This document shows positions 1 through 10,042 of a stretch of 64,000 bases of DNA, one piece after another. Source of the DNA: Cyclobacteriaceae bacterium (GTDB lineage: Bacteria; Bacteroidota; Bacteroidia; Cytophagales; Cyclobacteriaceae); NCBI GenBank assembly GCA_049115735.1, contig JAGDZP010000009.1, forward strand, positions 36,355 to 100,354, in the 5' to 3' direction. The stretch's first letter is position 1; the number at the start of each line of letters is the position of its first letter. The notes below the pieces were generated by a model. The model was not told where the DNA came from. It made no database searches and worked only from the letters and a program-made list of their open reading frames with translations. The position numbers were made by a program, and so were the translations under genes.

Positions 1-123
1 GTAGAACCTGACCATATTGTTGTCTTTCATGATAGCGTTAAGAGCTATGCCAATCTTAGGGTTACCCTACCGGCTTTTCTTAGGCACTTTAATGAAAAAG
101 GTTATCAATTCAACAAACTCTGA
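1..123 (+). CDS. C-terminal fragment of a polysaccharide deacetylase-like (NodB-fold) protein; the 5' part lies upstream of the window
   Basis: Frame-1 translation VEPDHIVVFHDSVKSYANLRVTLPAFLRHFNEKGYQFNKL* runs from base 1 with no start codon. Tail composition resembles NodB-type deacetylase C-termini, and a GT2 gene follows directly. Confidence 0.35.
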   Translation, partial: VEPDHIVVFHDSVKSYANLRVTLPAFLRHFNEKGYQFNKL

Positions 124-141
124 AAACTGATGAAATACTAA

Positions 142-1233
142 ATGGATTGGGTGTTCTATATATCAAAACTTATAGTATCATTCAATATACTCCTGTCCAT
201 CATTATTTGGTATTTGTACAAATTCAAAACCATTACCCTGGAATCAAATCAAGACGAATTGCCCAAAGTGTCATTAATGATAGCGGTTAGGAATGAGGAA
301 CAGAACATAGAAAATTTACTTTCCGGACTTATAACTCAGGATTACCCAAAGGATAAATTGGAAATACTAATTGGAGATGATGCATCAACGGATAACACTT
401 TAGAGCTTTTACAAAATAGTCATCTCAGTGGTCTTCATATTTTAGAAGTTACATCTGGCAAAAATGATCTAAAAGGAAAGATGAATGTATTAGCTCAACT
501 GTCAGAGCTTGCAAAAGGGGATGTTTTGCTATTTGCCGATGCTGACATGACTTTGGATTCCAGTTGGGTTTCGGGAATGGTTGCTTCCATTCATGGTTCT
601 CTAGGGATGGTAGGAGGGTTGACGGGTATTAAAAAAGGAAACTTTTTGCAGTGCCTACAACATGTTGAACTGTTACTGTCTCAAGGCATGCTAAAGGTAG
701 CCAGCGATCTTGGTTATTCATTTTCCATACTAGGCAATAATATGGGAGTCAGCCGAGAACAGTATGATAAGATCGGTGGTCATTCGAATCTAGAGTTTAG
801 CCTTGTAGAAGATGTTCAGTTGATGAAAGCCTTTTTGGAAAGTGGATTCAAAGTTGATTTGCAGCATACGCCGGATACTTATATGGAAACGATCGGTGCT
901 TCTAGTTGGACTCAGCTTATGCAACAGCGGAAGCGATGGATATTAGCCTTTGATCAAATGCCACTTTGGACGCAAGTGGTGCTGGTTCTAAAGTCATTTT
1001 TCATTCCAGCTAGTATTATATCGATAGGTATCCAATTCGAAATCATCTGGTTTATTAGTCTTAAATTAATCTTTGATTTTTTACTCTTGACAGAAGTTTG
1101 CACCAATTCTATTAGAAAGCCATCAATCCTTTATTTTCTCCTCTTCGAATTAATAGAACCAATAGTATATTTGTCAACTATCATTTATCGAATTCTTCCG
1201 ATTCAGCTTAGTTGGAAGAATAGAAAATATTGA
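142..1233 (+). CDS. Family-2 glycosyltransferase, membrane-anchored, with a multi-TM C-terminus
   Basis: The motif LMIAVRNEEQNIENLL...ILIGDDASTDNT and a DAD motif are GT2 hallmarks. N-terminal and C-terminal hydrophobic helices. Confidence 0.75.
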   Translation: MDWVFYISKLIVSFNILLSIIIWYLYKFKTITLESNQDELPKVSLMIAVRNEEQNIENLLSGLITQDYPKDKLEILIGDDASTDNTLELLQNSHLSGLHILEVTSGKNDLKGKMNVLAQLSELAKGDVLLFADADMTLDSSWVSGMVASIHGSLGMVGGLTGIKKGNFLQCLQHVELLLSQGMLKVASDLGYSFSILGNNMGVSREQYDKIGGHSNLEFSLVEDVQLMKAFLESGFKVDLQHTPDTYMETIGASSWTQLMQQRKRWILAFDQMPLWTQVVLVLKSFFIPASIISIGIQFEIIWFISLKLIFDFLLLTEVCTNSIRKPSILYFLLFELIEPIVYLSTIIYRILPIQLSWKNRKY

Positions 1234-1237
1234 ACGT

Positions 1238-2011
1238 ATGCCATTTGTAGATACTCACGCACACATATATAACAAACGATTTCATGATGATATCGAAGAC
1301 GTCATCAAAAGAGCTAAGGATGCTGGGGTAGAGCGCATTTTCCTACCCAACATAGACAGTGAGTCAATTGATGGAATGCTTGAGCTGGAGCAGAAGTTTC
1401 CAGAGGTGTGCGTTCCAGCAATGGGGCTTCATCCTTGTCATGTGAATGAAAACTTGCAAAAGGAACTTTACCTGGTTGAAGAATGGTTGGATAAAAGAGA
1501 TTTTGTTGCAGTGGGTGAAATAGGTACCGACTTGTATTGGGATAAAACGAATTTCGATCAACAAGCAGATGCCTTCAATACACAGAGTGAACTAGCCATC
1601 AAACATAACATCCCTGTTATTATACATTGCCGGGATTCGATTGATCAAACAATAGACCTTGTTGAAAAAATAGCCAACAGCAAACTGAGGGGGATTTTTC
1701 ACTGCTTTACCGGTACTGAGGAGCAGGCCAACCAGGTGATTGGCCTTGGGTTTAAAATAGGTATTGGAGGTGTCGCAACATTTAAGAATGGTGGAATTGA
1801 CGACTTGATCAGAACTATCGATCTGGAGCACATCGTTTTGGAAACTGACAGTCCATATTTAGCCCCTGTTCCGTATAGAGGAAAGCGCAATGAACCGTCT
1901 TACGTAATTGAAGTAGCCAGAAAAGTAGCCGAACTAAAATTGATGAACATCACGGAAGTAGGTCGTATTACAACACAAAATGCCTATAATGTCTATGGAA
2001 TGAGTAATTGA
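1238..2011 (+). CDS. tatD: TatD-family metal-dependent hydrolase (DNase)
   Basis: FVDTHAHIY start, GEIGTDLYW, FHCFTG and ETDSPYLAP are classic TatD motifs. Length 257 aa. Confidence 0.85.
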   Translation: MPFVDTHAHIYNKRFHDDIEDVIKRAKDAGVERIFLPNIDSESIDGMLELEQKFPEVCVPAMGLHPCHVNENLQKELYLVEEWLDKRDFVAVGEIGTDLYWDKTNFDQQADAFNTQSELAIKHNIPVIIHCRDSIDQTIDLVEKIANSKLRGIFHCFTGTEEQANQVIGLGFKIGIGGVATFKNGGIDDLIRTIDLEHIVLETDSPYLAPVPYRGKRNEPSYVIEVARKVAELKLMNITEVGRITTQNAYNVYGMSN

Positions 2012-2017
2012 GGCCAA

Positions 2018-3079
2018 ATGAATTTTAAGATAACCAATATAACCTACAAGAAGAGCTCCAAGTGTTCTATCCTTATCATTTATACAGGTGGTACTTTTGG
2101 GATGGTTTATGACGAAACAGGTAGTCTGGTTCCTTTCAATTTTAGTCTTGTGCTGGAAAAAATACCCGAACTCAGAACTCTGGATATTAACCTAACGGTA
2201 ATCTCTTTTCCTGATCCCGTTGACTCCTCAAACATCAACTCAGATCAGTGGGCTAATCTTGCTCATATTATATTCAATAATTACAAGCAATATTCAGGCT
2301 TTGTTGTGCTACATGGTACCGATACCATGGCGTACAGTGCAAGTGCTCTTAGCTTCGCTCTAAATGGCCTTAGGAAGCCTGTGATTTTTACAGGTGCCCA
2401 GATACCCATTGGGGCCACCAGGTCCGATGCTCGTGAGAACCTTATCACTGCACTTGAAGTTGCATCAAATACTGACAATGGAGAACCACTAGTAAAAGAG
2501 GTGTGCATCTACTTCAACTTTGTCCTCCTTCGTGGAAATAGATCCCAAAAGATACGTAGCAGTACCTTTGGCGCTTTTGAGTCAGAAAATTATCCTCACC
2601 TTGCTGAGTCAGGGGTGGACATTCGTTTTTTCAAAGCAAACCTTCTTGACTTCAAAGGAAAAGGCAGGCTTAGCTACAATGGTAATTTCGACCCAAATGT
2701 TATCGTTTTGAAAATATTTCCCAATATGAGCCAAAGCTCGATTAAGGCCATATTGAACATTCCAGGCCTCAAAGGAGTAGTTTTAGAGTCATTTGGGTCG
2801 GGCAATACCATGAACGGAGATTGGTTTTTGGATATGTTAGAATCGGCCATTTCAAAAGAAATATTGATATTGAACGTATCTCAATGTTCGGGGGGGAGTG
2901 TCATTCAGGGCAAATACGAAACCAGTAAAAAACTGACAGAAATAGGGGTGATCAGTGGTTGTGATATGACCACTGAGGCAGCACTGACAAAAATGATGTT
3001 TTTATTAGGTACGGAAAAATCTTTGGAGGCCGTCAAAACTCAATTATGTATTCCTCTGAGAGGTGAAATGACAATCTGA
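2018..3079 (+). CDS. ansA: Type I L-asparaginase
   Basis: IYTGGTFGM threonine-nucleophile motif, HGTDTMAYSA, and about 350 aa length. Confidence 0.8.
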   Translation: MNFKITNITYKKSSKCSILIIYTGGTFGMVYDETGSLVPFNFSLVLEKIPELRTLDINLTVISFPDPVDSSNINSDQWANLAHIIFNNYKQYSGFVVLHGTDTMAYSASALSFALNGLRKPVIFTGAQIPIGATRSDARENLITALEVASNTDNGEPLVKEVCIYFNFVLLRGNRSQKIRSSTFGAFESENYPHLAESGVDIRFFKANLLDFKGKGRLSYNGNFDPNVIVLKIFPNMSQSSIKAILNIPGLKGVVLESFGSGNTMNGDWFLDMLESAISKEILILNVSQCSGGSVIQGKYETSKKLTEIGVISGCDMTTEAALTKMMFLLGTEKSLEAVKTQLCIPLRGEMTI

Positions 3080-3161
3080 ATATAGCTCGGAAAATTGCGT
3101 TTAAAATTTGCATAAAGGGATTTTTATTAATTTATTTGTCGCTCGTTGTGAAAGAAGCATT

Positions 3162-3249
3162 GGAGAGGTGGCCGAGTGGTCGAAGGTGCTCGCCTGGAAA
3201 GTGAGTGTGCCCCACAAGGGTACCGGGGGTTCGAATCCCTTCCTCTCCG
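3162..3249 (+). tRNA. tRNA-Ser (anticodon GGA) with a long variable arm
   Basis: GGAGAGG acceptor stem pairs with CCTCTCC. Anticodon loop CTGGAAA gives anticodon GGA. Long extra arm, GGTTCGAATCC T-loop, about 88 nt. Confidence 0.85.
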
Positions 3250-3324
3250 CAATGATAATTACGCATTAAAACTATAATTGAAATACTTTATAACCTTTAT
3301 TTGAGATTTATTAAAAATTAGACT

Positions 3325-4158
3325 ATGAAAAGATTAGTAACGCTAATGATGCTGACGGGGGTATTAACGTTTGTTAGCCTTCAGTCAATCGCACAAGATG
3401 CAGCAGAAACAGATGCTACCGAAGAAATGGCAGCTGAAGATACAACCGCTGTAGAAGAAGTAGTGGAAGAGGTAGTGGAAGAACCTGCTCCTGCAGTCGT
3501 TCAGGAAGATGAGCCAGAGCAAGAAGCATCATTCCACCAAATTGTTAAAGAGCAATTCATCGCTGGTGGATGGCAATTCATGGGTATCGTTCTTTTGTGT
3601 TTGATACTCGGTTTAGCTGTAGCTATAGAGAGAATTATCACGCTTAACCTTGCTACTACAAACACCAAGAAATTATTGGAAAAAGTGGAGGGCGCATTGG
3701 CATCAGGTGGTGCTGACGCAGCTAAGGAAGTTTGCAGAAACACTCAAGGTCCAGTTGCTTCTATTTTCGTTCAAGGTTTGATGAGAATGTCAGAAGGTGT
3801 TGATATGGTTGAAAAATCAATCATCGCTTATGGTTCCGTTGAAATGGGTAAATTGGAAAAAGGAATGATTTGGATTTCACTGTTTATTTCTCTTGCACCA
3901 ATGCTTGGTTTCATGGGTACAGTAATTGGTATGATCGGTGCATTTGACGCGATAGCTGAAGCTGGTGATGTATCTCCTGCACTTGTGGCTGGTGGTATCA
4001 AAATCGCACTTTTGACAACTGTTGGTGGTCTTATTGTAGCTGTAATCCTTCAATTATTCTATAATTACCTTGTTTCTAAAATTGATTCACTTGTGAACTC
4101 AATGGAAGACGCATCAATATCTCTTGTAGATATATTGGTGAAGCACTCTGCGAAATAA
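3325..4158 (+). CDS. exbB: MotA/TolQ/ExbB-family proton channel with an acidic N-terminal periplasmic extension
   Basis: Signal peptide, then a Glu/Asp/Ala-rich region, then the three-TM MotA_ExbB core (PMLGFMGTVIGMIGAF). Two ExbD genes follow. Confidence 0.8.
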   Translation: MKRLVTLMMLTGVLTFVSLQSIAQDAAETDATEEMAAEDTTAVEEVVEEVVEEPAPAVVQEDEPEQEASFHQIVKEQFIAGGWQFMGIVLLCLILGLAVAIERIITLNLATTNTKKLLEKVEGALASGGADAAKEVCRNTQGPVASIFVQGLMRMSEGVDMVEKSIIAYGSVEMGKLEKGMIWISLFISLAPMLGFMGTVIGMIGAFDAIAEAGDVSPALVAGGIKIALLTTVGGLIVAVILQLFYNYLVSKIDSLVNSMEDASISLVDILVKHSAK

Positions 4159-4183
4159 GTTGATTAACTAAAATAGAATAACA

Positions 4184-4510
4184 ATGGATTCAATAGATAT
4201 TATATTATACATATCATACGCGCTAACCATTTTGGCGGCATTAGCAGCCATCGTGTTTCCACTGATAAATTCACTTGGGAATCCTTCTTCATTGATAAAG
4301 TCAGGTTTGGGCCTGGTTGCACTTGTTGTAATCTTTGGTATCGCTTATGCGCTATCGGGCAATGAGTTTACTGAGGTGCAAGCAACAGAGTATGGCATGA
4401 ATGCCTCTCTTTCCAAATTTGTAGGAGGTATTCTTACGATGATGTATTTGCTAACAGGACTTGCTATTATAGGAATTGTATATACTGAGTTCTCTAAAAT
4501 GATCAAGTAA
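4184..4510 (+). CDS. Small integral membrane protein (3 predicted TM) inside the exbB-exbD cluster
   Basis: 108-aa hydrophobic ORF tightly packed between exbB and exbD. No recognisable motif. Confidence 0.35.
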   Translation: MDSIDIILYISYALTILAALAAIVFPLINSLGNPSSLIKSGLGLVALVVIFGIAYALSGNEFTEVQATEYGMNASLSKFVGGILTMMYLLTGLAIIGIVYTEFSKMIK

Positions 4511-4511
4511 T

Positions 4512-5153
4512 ATGGCTAGAAGTAAATTAGGCGCCTCACAAGAGGTAAATGCCGGCTCAATGGCCGACATTGCATTCCTTCTTTTGATTTTCTTCCTGGT
4601 TACGACCACTATAGCAAATGATAAGGGTATTGCAATGCTTCTGCCTCCAAAGCCGGATCCAAACGAACCGCCACCAGAGGTGACGAAAAATGACAGAAAC
4701 ATTTTCAAGATTCAAGCTAATTCTTTAGACCTTCTTCTTGTTGAAGAGGAACCTCTACAGGATGTTGGTGAGTTGAAAGAAATGATCAAGTCCTTTATCC
4801 TCAATTTTGGAAATCCTTCTGCTGAATATGTAGAGTTGTACAATGGCCTGCCTTCTACGCTTAGAGGTTATGTCAACGCAAATGGCAAAAGTCCGGTCTC
4901 TTCTGATGACCCAGGTGAAGCTGTGGTGTCGTTCAAAGCGGATAGAGGTACTACCTATGAGCTGTATGTATCAGTTCTTGATGCCATCAATGCAGCATAC
5001 AATGAAGTATATGGCCAGAGAGTAGGTATTAGTGGAGAGGAGTTTCTTCAATTAGACAAGAAAAATCCAGAAGAGAAGGCGATGTATTTGAAGGCCAGAC
5101 AAGGTATTCCAAGAGCGATTTCAATTGCTGAACCAAATAAAATAGGAGGTTAA
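4512..5153 (+). CDS. exbD: ExbD/TolR biopolymer transport protein
   Basis: N-terminal MADIAFLLLIFFLVTTT TM-plus-acidic motif typical of ExbD. Elongated periplasmic domain. Confidence 0.75.
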   Translation: MARSKLGASQEVNAGSMADIAFLLLIFFLVTTTIANDKGIAMLLPPKPDPNEPPPEVTKNDRNIFKIQANSLDLLLVEEEPLQDVGELKEMIKSFILNFGNPSAEYVELYNGLPSTLRGYVNANGKSPVSSDDPGEAVVSFKADRGTTYELYVSVLDAINAAYNEVYGQRVGISGEEFLQLDKKNPEEKAMYLKARQGIPRAISIAEPNKIGG

Positions 5154-5155
5154 TT

Positions 5156-5614
5156 ATGGCTAAGTTTAAGAAAAGTTCGAATACATCTCAGGATATCCCA
5201 ACCGCGGCATTACCTGACATTATTTTCATGTTGTTGTTCTTCTTTATGGTGACAACTGTATTGAGAGAGACTACCATTCTGGTAGAGCAGCAGCTTCCGA
5301 AATCTACTCAGCTGAGCAAGTTGGAAAGGAAGTCGCTTGTGAGTTATGTGTACATCGGAAAGCCGAAGCAAACGAATCTTTATGGCTCAGAGCCGAAAAT
5401 ACAGGTAAACGATGCATTCATTGACGTAAGTGACGTGATTCGATTTGTAAACCAGGAAAAAGATAAACTGAGCGAAGTTGAAAGAGACCAGATAACAATG
5501 TCTATGAAAGTAGATATAGAGGCAAAAATGGGTATCGTTTCTGATGTTCAGGAAGAATTCAGAGAAGCAAACGCCCGAAAAGTACTCTACAGCTCTTTGA
5601 AGAGAATTGACTAA
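5156..5614 (+). CDS. exbD: ExbD/TolR biopolymer transport protein (second copy)
   Basis: LPDIIFMLLFFFMVTT motif. 152 aa. Confidence 0.75.
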   Translation: MAKFKKSSNTSQDIPTAALPDIIFMLLFFFMVTTVLRETTILVEQQLPKSTQLSKLERKSLVSYVYIGKPKQTNLYGSEPKIQVNDAFIDVSDVIRFVNQEKDKLSEVERDQITMSMKVDIEAKMGIVSDVQEEFREANARKVLYSSLKRID

Positions 5615-5638
5615 GACTAATCTTTGATTGAAAATATG

Positions 5639-5669
5639 AAAGGCTTTCCGGATAGGAGAGCCTTTTTTC
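5639..5669 (+). terminator. Rho-independent terminator after the exbBD cluster
   Basis: AAAGGCTTTCC-GGATAG-GAGAGCCTTTTTT hairpin followed by a T-run. Confidence 0.6.
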
Positions 5670-5780
5670 TTGTCCATTTTTTGGTCTCCCATCCTATTAT
5701 CCTGTATTTCATTTATATTCGCGGACAGAAAAGGAAACGTGGTTTCTGGTCTCAATTTGAACGACGAATTCACAACCATT

Positions 5781-6875
5781 ATGAAAATTGGTTTAATAAA
5801 ATGCACAGAAGAGAATCTGGTAGCCTTGGTGCCTAAGGTTGTATCCAGATTAGTAAGTGATGGATATGATGTTTATTTTGAAACAGGTGCTTCCGATGAA
5901 TCCAACTATTCTGACGAAGAATATGTTTCTGCTGGAGCCAAATCTGCGGACAGAGAGGACATCATTGTATCATCTGATATTCTAATTACAGTTGCCGGCT
6001 TGTCAGATGCTGATATTTCCAAAATAAAACCTGAGACTTTCGTCGTGGGTAAATTTGGTTTTACCCAAGGACTTATACAAACGTTAGAAGACCATAAAAT
6101 AAAGGCATTCAGCCTGGAAAGACTTCCTCGAAGCTCAATTGCTCAATCGATGGATGTGCTGTCCTCGTTGGCTTCACTATCCGGTTACAAAGCGGTGCTT
6201 CTATCTGCAGACAATTTTGGTGGTTACTTTCCTATGATGACTACCTCGGCCGGAACTATACCGCCGGCAAAGATTTTGATAATTGGTGCTGGTGTAGCTG
6301 GATTGCAAGCGATAGCCACGGCAAGGCGTTTGGGTGCAGTGGTAGAAGCATTTGATGTGCGATCATCTGTTAAAGAGCAAGTTGAAAGCCTTGGAGCGAA
6401 GTTCATAGAGGTAGCAGGTAGCACTGAAGACGCTGGAGCAGGAGGGTATGCAGTTGAGCAAACAGAAGATTACATTGCTAAGCAAAAAGAATTGATTCAT
6501 CAAAGTTGCATTAAAGCTGATGCAGTAATAACAACGGCAGCCATTCCAGGTAAAAAAGCGCCTGTTTTAGTTGAAAAGAGGACTGTGCAAGCCATGAATG
6601 CGGGAAGCGTAATTGTCGATCTTGCTGCGGCTACCGGGGGCAACTGTGAACTAACAGAAAATGACGAAATGATCAACGTCGAAGGGGTTAAAATCATCGG
6701 TGACTCCAGATTATACAACAGCATGAGTAAACAGGCCAGCCTGGTATTCAGTAATAATGTTTATAGCTTCCTAAAATTTGTATTTAAGGACGGTTTAGAA
6801 GCTATTCCTTATGATAATGAAATAGTGTCAAAGACATTAATTTCTGAACGAAAAGAGAGAACCGTTTCCGCTTAA
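5781..6875 (+). CDS. pntA: NAD(P) transhydrogenase subunit alpha part 1 (PntAA)
   Basis: MKIGLIKCTEENLVALVP..., IIGAGVAGLQAIATARRLGA Rossmann motif and alanine-dehydrogenase/PNT fold. I prefer the internal ATG at 5781 to the ORF-track start at 5670, because the upstream 37 codons overlap the terminator. Confidence 0.8.
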   Translation: MKIGLIKCTEENLVALVPKVVSRLVSDGYDVYFETGASDESNYSDEEYVSAGAKSADREDIIVSSDILITVAGLSDADISKIKPETFVVGKFGFTQGLIQTLEDHKIKAFSLERLPRSSIAQSMDVLSSLASLSGYKAVLLSADNFGGYFPMMTTSAGTIPPAKILIIGAGVAGLQAIATARRLGAVVEAFDVRSSVKEQVESLGAKFIEVAGSTEDAGAGGYAVEQTEDYIAKQKELIHQSCIKADAVITTAAIPGKKAPVLVEKRTVQAMNAGSVIVDLAAATGGNCELTENDEMINVEGVKIIGDSRLYNSMSKQASLVFSNNVYSFLKFVFKDGLEAIPYDNEIVSKTLISERKERTVSA

Positions 6876-6892
6876 TATTACAGTTTAAAAAC

Positions 6893-7198
6893 ATGTTTGA
6901 AATTTTAGAATATCTCAAAGCAAATATCCTGGCTGTCAATTTATTGATCATAACCATTTATCTCGGATTTGAGATTATATCGAAAGTCCCTGCAGTGTTG
7001 CATACACCTTTGATGTCGGGATCGAATGCCATAAGCGGGATTGTAATAGTGGGAGCCATATTGCTGATGCGACAATCGGAAAGCAACGATTATTTGTCAC
7101 TCGCTATTGGTTTTATTGGAATCGTATTAGGTACTATCAATGTAGTTGGAGGGCATGCTGTGACAAACAGGATGCTGGAGATGTTTAAGAAGAAATAG
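6893..7198 (+). CDS. pntAB: NAD(P) transhydrogenase subunit alpha part 2 (PntAB), membrane
   Basis: About 100-aa three-TM protein between pntAA and pntB. Confidence 0.8.
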   Translation: MFEILEYLKANILAVNLLIITIYLGFEIISKVPAVLHTPLMSGSNAISGIVIVGAILLMRQSESNDYLSLAIGFIGIVLGTINVVGGHAVTNRMLEMFKKK

Positions 7199-7199
7199 G

Positions 7200-8576
7200 A
7201 TGGAATATATCGAATTACTATATGTAGTGTCAACTATCCTGTTGATCGTTGGTCTGAGGAGAATGAGCAGTCCAGCAACGGCCAGAAAAGGGAATATATT
7301 GGCTTCCTGTGGCATGAGTCTGGCAATAGTTGTTTCTATAGTTAGCCCAATACAAAATGATCAGGGAAACTATCTATTGATCTTATTTGCAATTCTAATA
7401 GGATCAATCATTGGATTGCTGTTTTCAAAAAAGGTAGCCATGACCGCTATGCCCGAGTTGGTGTCTTTGTTTAATGGATTTGGAGGAGCTTGTGCGGTTT
7501 GTATTTCCATTATTGAAATTTTTGGATTCAATGCACAGACGGGAATTGGAACAGCAGTGGCAACTTATATGGCACTTTTCGTTGGAGGCATAGCTTTTAC
7601 AGGAAGTTTGATAGCCTATGGGAAGCTGGCGGGAAAGATTAATGATTGGAGGAGTTCAATTGCTCCTTACTTTAATTTGATCTGGTTGATTTTGTGCCTG
7701 GGGATGATTGTATGGCAGGTAGCCATGCCCGGACAGAGCGAAGTTCTACCATTGGTGGTATTAGGAATTTCGTTAGTTTATGGGATTACCTTCGTGTTGC
7801 CCATCGGTGGGGCTGACATGCCTGTCGTGATTTCTTTATTGAATGCTTTTACGGGGATAGCTGCTGCTCTGGCCGGAATTGTTTACGATAACATGGTAAT
7901 GCTCCTGGGCGGTATTTTAGTTGGTTCTTCCGGTACCATCCTCACTGTCCTTATGTGTGAGGCTATGAACCGTTCCTTGCTCAATGTAATCGTTGGAAAT
8001 TTTGGTGGCTCTGCAAGCGGATCAGCAGCCGGAGTAGATGTCGTGGTAAAAGAGGCCACCGTGATGGACACGTCCATCTTGATGCGCTATGCAAACAACG
8101 TGATGATTATTCCAGGGTATGGAATGGCAGTAGCTCAAGCTCAAAAAATATGCAAGGATTTAGATAAGGCACTTTCAGAAAGAGGTGTAAATGTGCACTA
8201 TGCCATACATCCTGTAGCAGGTAGGATGCCTGGCCACATGAATGTACTTCTGGCCGAGGCGGATGTACCATATAATAAGCTTATTGATTTGGATGATGCC
8301 AACGAGATGTTCAAGGATACAGATGTTTGTCTGGTAGTAGGTGCTAATGATGTCGTGAACCCTGCAGCGTTAAGTGATCCTTCTAGTCCCATCTATGGTA
8401 TGCCAGTTCTAGAGATTTTGAATTCATCTAACGTGATTGTGTTGAAAAGAAGTATGAATACAGGCTATTCAGGAATTGAAAACCCTCTATTTTTCCACGA
8501 CAAAACGAAAATGCTTTTTGGTGATGCAAAATCGTCATTGGAAACCCTCTATGCAGAGGTAAAAGCCATGGACTGA
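7200..8576 (+). CDS. pntB: NAD(P) transhydrogenase subunit beta (PntB)
   Basis: Polytopic N-terminus plus C-terminal NADP(H)-binding domain (VVGANDVVNPAA, GMPVL). Confidence 0.85.
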   Translation: MEYIELLYVVSTILLIVGLRRMSSPATARKGNILASCGMSLAIVVSIVSPIQNDQGNYLLILFAILIGSIIGLLFSKKVAMTAMPELVSLFNGFGGACAVCISIIEIFGFNAQTGIGTAVATYMALFVGGIAFTGSLIAYGKLAGKINDWRSSIAPYFNLIWLILCLGMIVWQVAMPGQSEVLPLVVLGISLVYGITFVLPIGGADMPVVISLLNAFTGIAAALAGIVYDNMVMLLGGILVGSSGTILTVLMCEAMNRSLLNVIVGNFGGSASGSAAGVDVVVKEATVMDTSILMRYANNVMIIPGYGMAVAQAQKICKDLDKALSERGVNVHYAIHPVAGRMPGHMNVLLAEADVPYNKLIDLDDANEMFKDTDVCLVVGANDVVNPAALSDPSSPIYGMPVLEILNSSNVIVLKRSMNTGYSGIENPLFFHDKTKMLFGDAKSSLETLYAEVKAMD

Positions 8577-8608
8577 TTTCTACCAAAGCACTTTACTGAG
8601 AACATACT

Positions 8609-10042
8609 ATGCTTAAATTCCAATACTCTAATGCTGCCTTTTCATACAAGGGAAAAACCGTTGTTTCGGGAGTTAGTTTTGAAGTTGGTGACGGAGTGCA
8701 CATAGGCATTACCGGAAAGGTAGGAAGTGGTAAGACGATGCTTCTGAAAAGTTTAACAGGTATTCTTCCTTTGAAAGAAGGTGAACGATATTTTGAGCAT
8801 GAAGGAAAGGAAATATCAGCCTATGATTTCTCCCTTCTTACAGAATTAGTTGAGTTTTCAGAGCAGAATAAATTCTTCAAGCCAGGGTCTCATTTCTACC
8901 AGCAGCGTTATCAATCTTTAGAAGATGATGAATCCAGAAGCCTTTTAGTGAAAGATTACCTCGAAGCTCGTGGAATGGATTTGAAAGATGAATTCCATGC
9001 TACGATTTTGAGTAAGGGCAGGGTTGATCAGCTTTTTAATAGAAAGCTTATTCACATTTCCAGCGGTCAAAGAAAGCGCATGCAATTGTGTATTGCACTT
9101 TCTAAGAAGCCAAGGCTATTGCTTTTAGATCACCCATATACCGGCATAGATCAGACTACCAGGATAGAACTTGATGAGTGGCTCAACGAGATGTCCGAGT
9201 CGTTTGGGATTCAATTGGTCATTGCGGCTAATGAAAGTGAGCTTCCTTCTTTTGTGAAGAATAAGTTGGTGGTTGGAAGCAAAGGAGATTCGTACGGTGA
9301 TGATCCACAAAATCGGCTGGACCAACTGATTGAAGCCCTTCAACATAAATCTGCTGCAACCTTCAACAGTGCGATAAACATGCAGGGTGTAAACCTCGGC
9401 TATAATAATGTAGAGATCCTTCAGGGCCTGGATTGGCAAGTAGACAAAGGCGATAGGGTAGGCATGAAGGGAGAAAATGGCTCAGGTAAGTCTTCGCTTC
9501 TGAGCCTGGTATACGGCGATAATCCTCTGGCTTATAATAAGGAAATTTATTTATTTGATAAAAAGCGCGGTACAGGAGAGAGTATTTGGGACATTAAGAG
9601 AAATATTGGTTTTGTGTCTTCTGAATTCCACCTCTACATGAGTGATCACATTACCTGTGAGAAGCTCATCGGAACAGGCTATTTCGACCAACTATTTATA
9701 CCCAGAAAATTAAATGAAAAGGAACTCCAGCGCATTGACCTTTTCCTGACTTACTTTGGGGTGATGAGTCTCAAGAGCAGGTACTTTCATGAAATCTCAA
9801 TAGGAGAGCAGCGACTAATTCTTCTCATTCGGGCATTGATCAAAAATCCTCCTTTGCTGTTGCTAGATGAACCCTACCATTGCTTTGATGACGACACCAT
9901 AGAAAAGGCCAATACACTGATTGAGACTTTGATCAATACTTTTCAGAGTACCTTGGTCTTCATCAGTCATAGCGAGGAAGTATTTCCTAAGTCTATCAAC
10001 AAGCGATTTGAACTTATCGATGGTAGGCTCAAATCAATTTGA
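8609..10042 (+). CDS. Tandem-domain ABC ATPase without a membrane domain, ModF-like
   Basis: Two Walker A motifs (GKVGSGKT, GENGSGKS) and two signature-like motifs (SSGQRKRMQLCIAL, ISIGEQRLILLIRAL). 477 aa. No permease gene adjacent. Confidence 0.55.
   Translation: MLKFQYSNAAFSYKGKTVVSGVSFEVGDGVHIGITGKVGSGKTMLLKSLTGILPLKEGERYFEHEGKEISAYDFSLLTELVEFSEQNKFFKPGSHFYQQRYQSLEDDESRSLLVKDYLEARGMDLKDEFHATILSKGRVDQLFNRKLIHISSGQRKRMQLCIALSKKPRLLLLDHPYTGIDQTTRIELDEWLNEMSESFGIQLVIAANESELPSFVKNKLVVGSKGDSYGDDPQNRLDQLIEALQHKSAATFNSAINMQGVNLGYNNVEILQGLDWQVDKGDRVGMKGENGSGKSSLLSLVYGDNPLAYNKEIYLFDKKRGTGESIWDIKRNIGFVSSEFHLYMSDHITCEKLIGTGYFDQLFIPRKLNEKELQRIDLFLTYFGVMSLKSRYFHEISIGEQRLILLIRALIKNPPLLLLDEPYHCFDDDTIEKANTLIETLINTFQSTLVFISHSEEVFPKSINKRFELIDGRLKSI

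Noticed and set aside
5624-5836. A 70-aa ORF and the ORF-track start at 5670 for pntAA
   Set aside because: Both overlap the exbD terminator hairpin. The conserved PntAA N-terminus begins at the MKIGLIK ATG at 5781.
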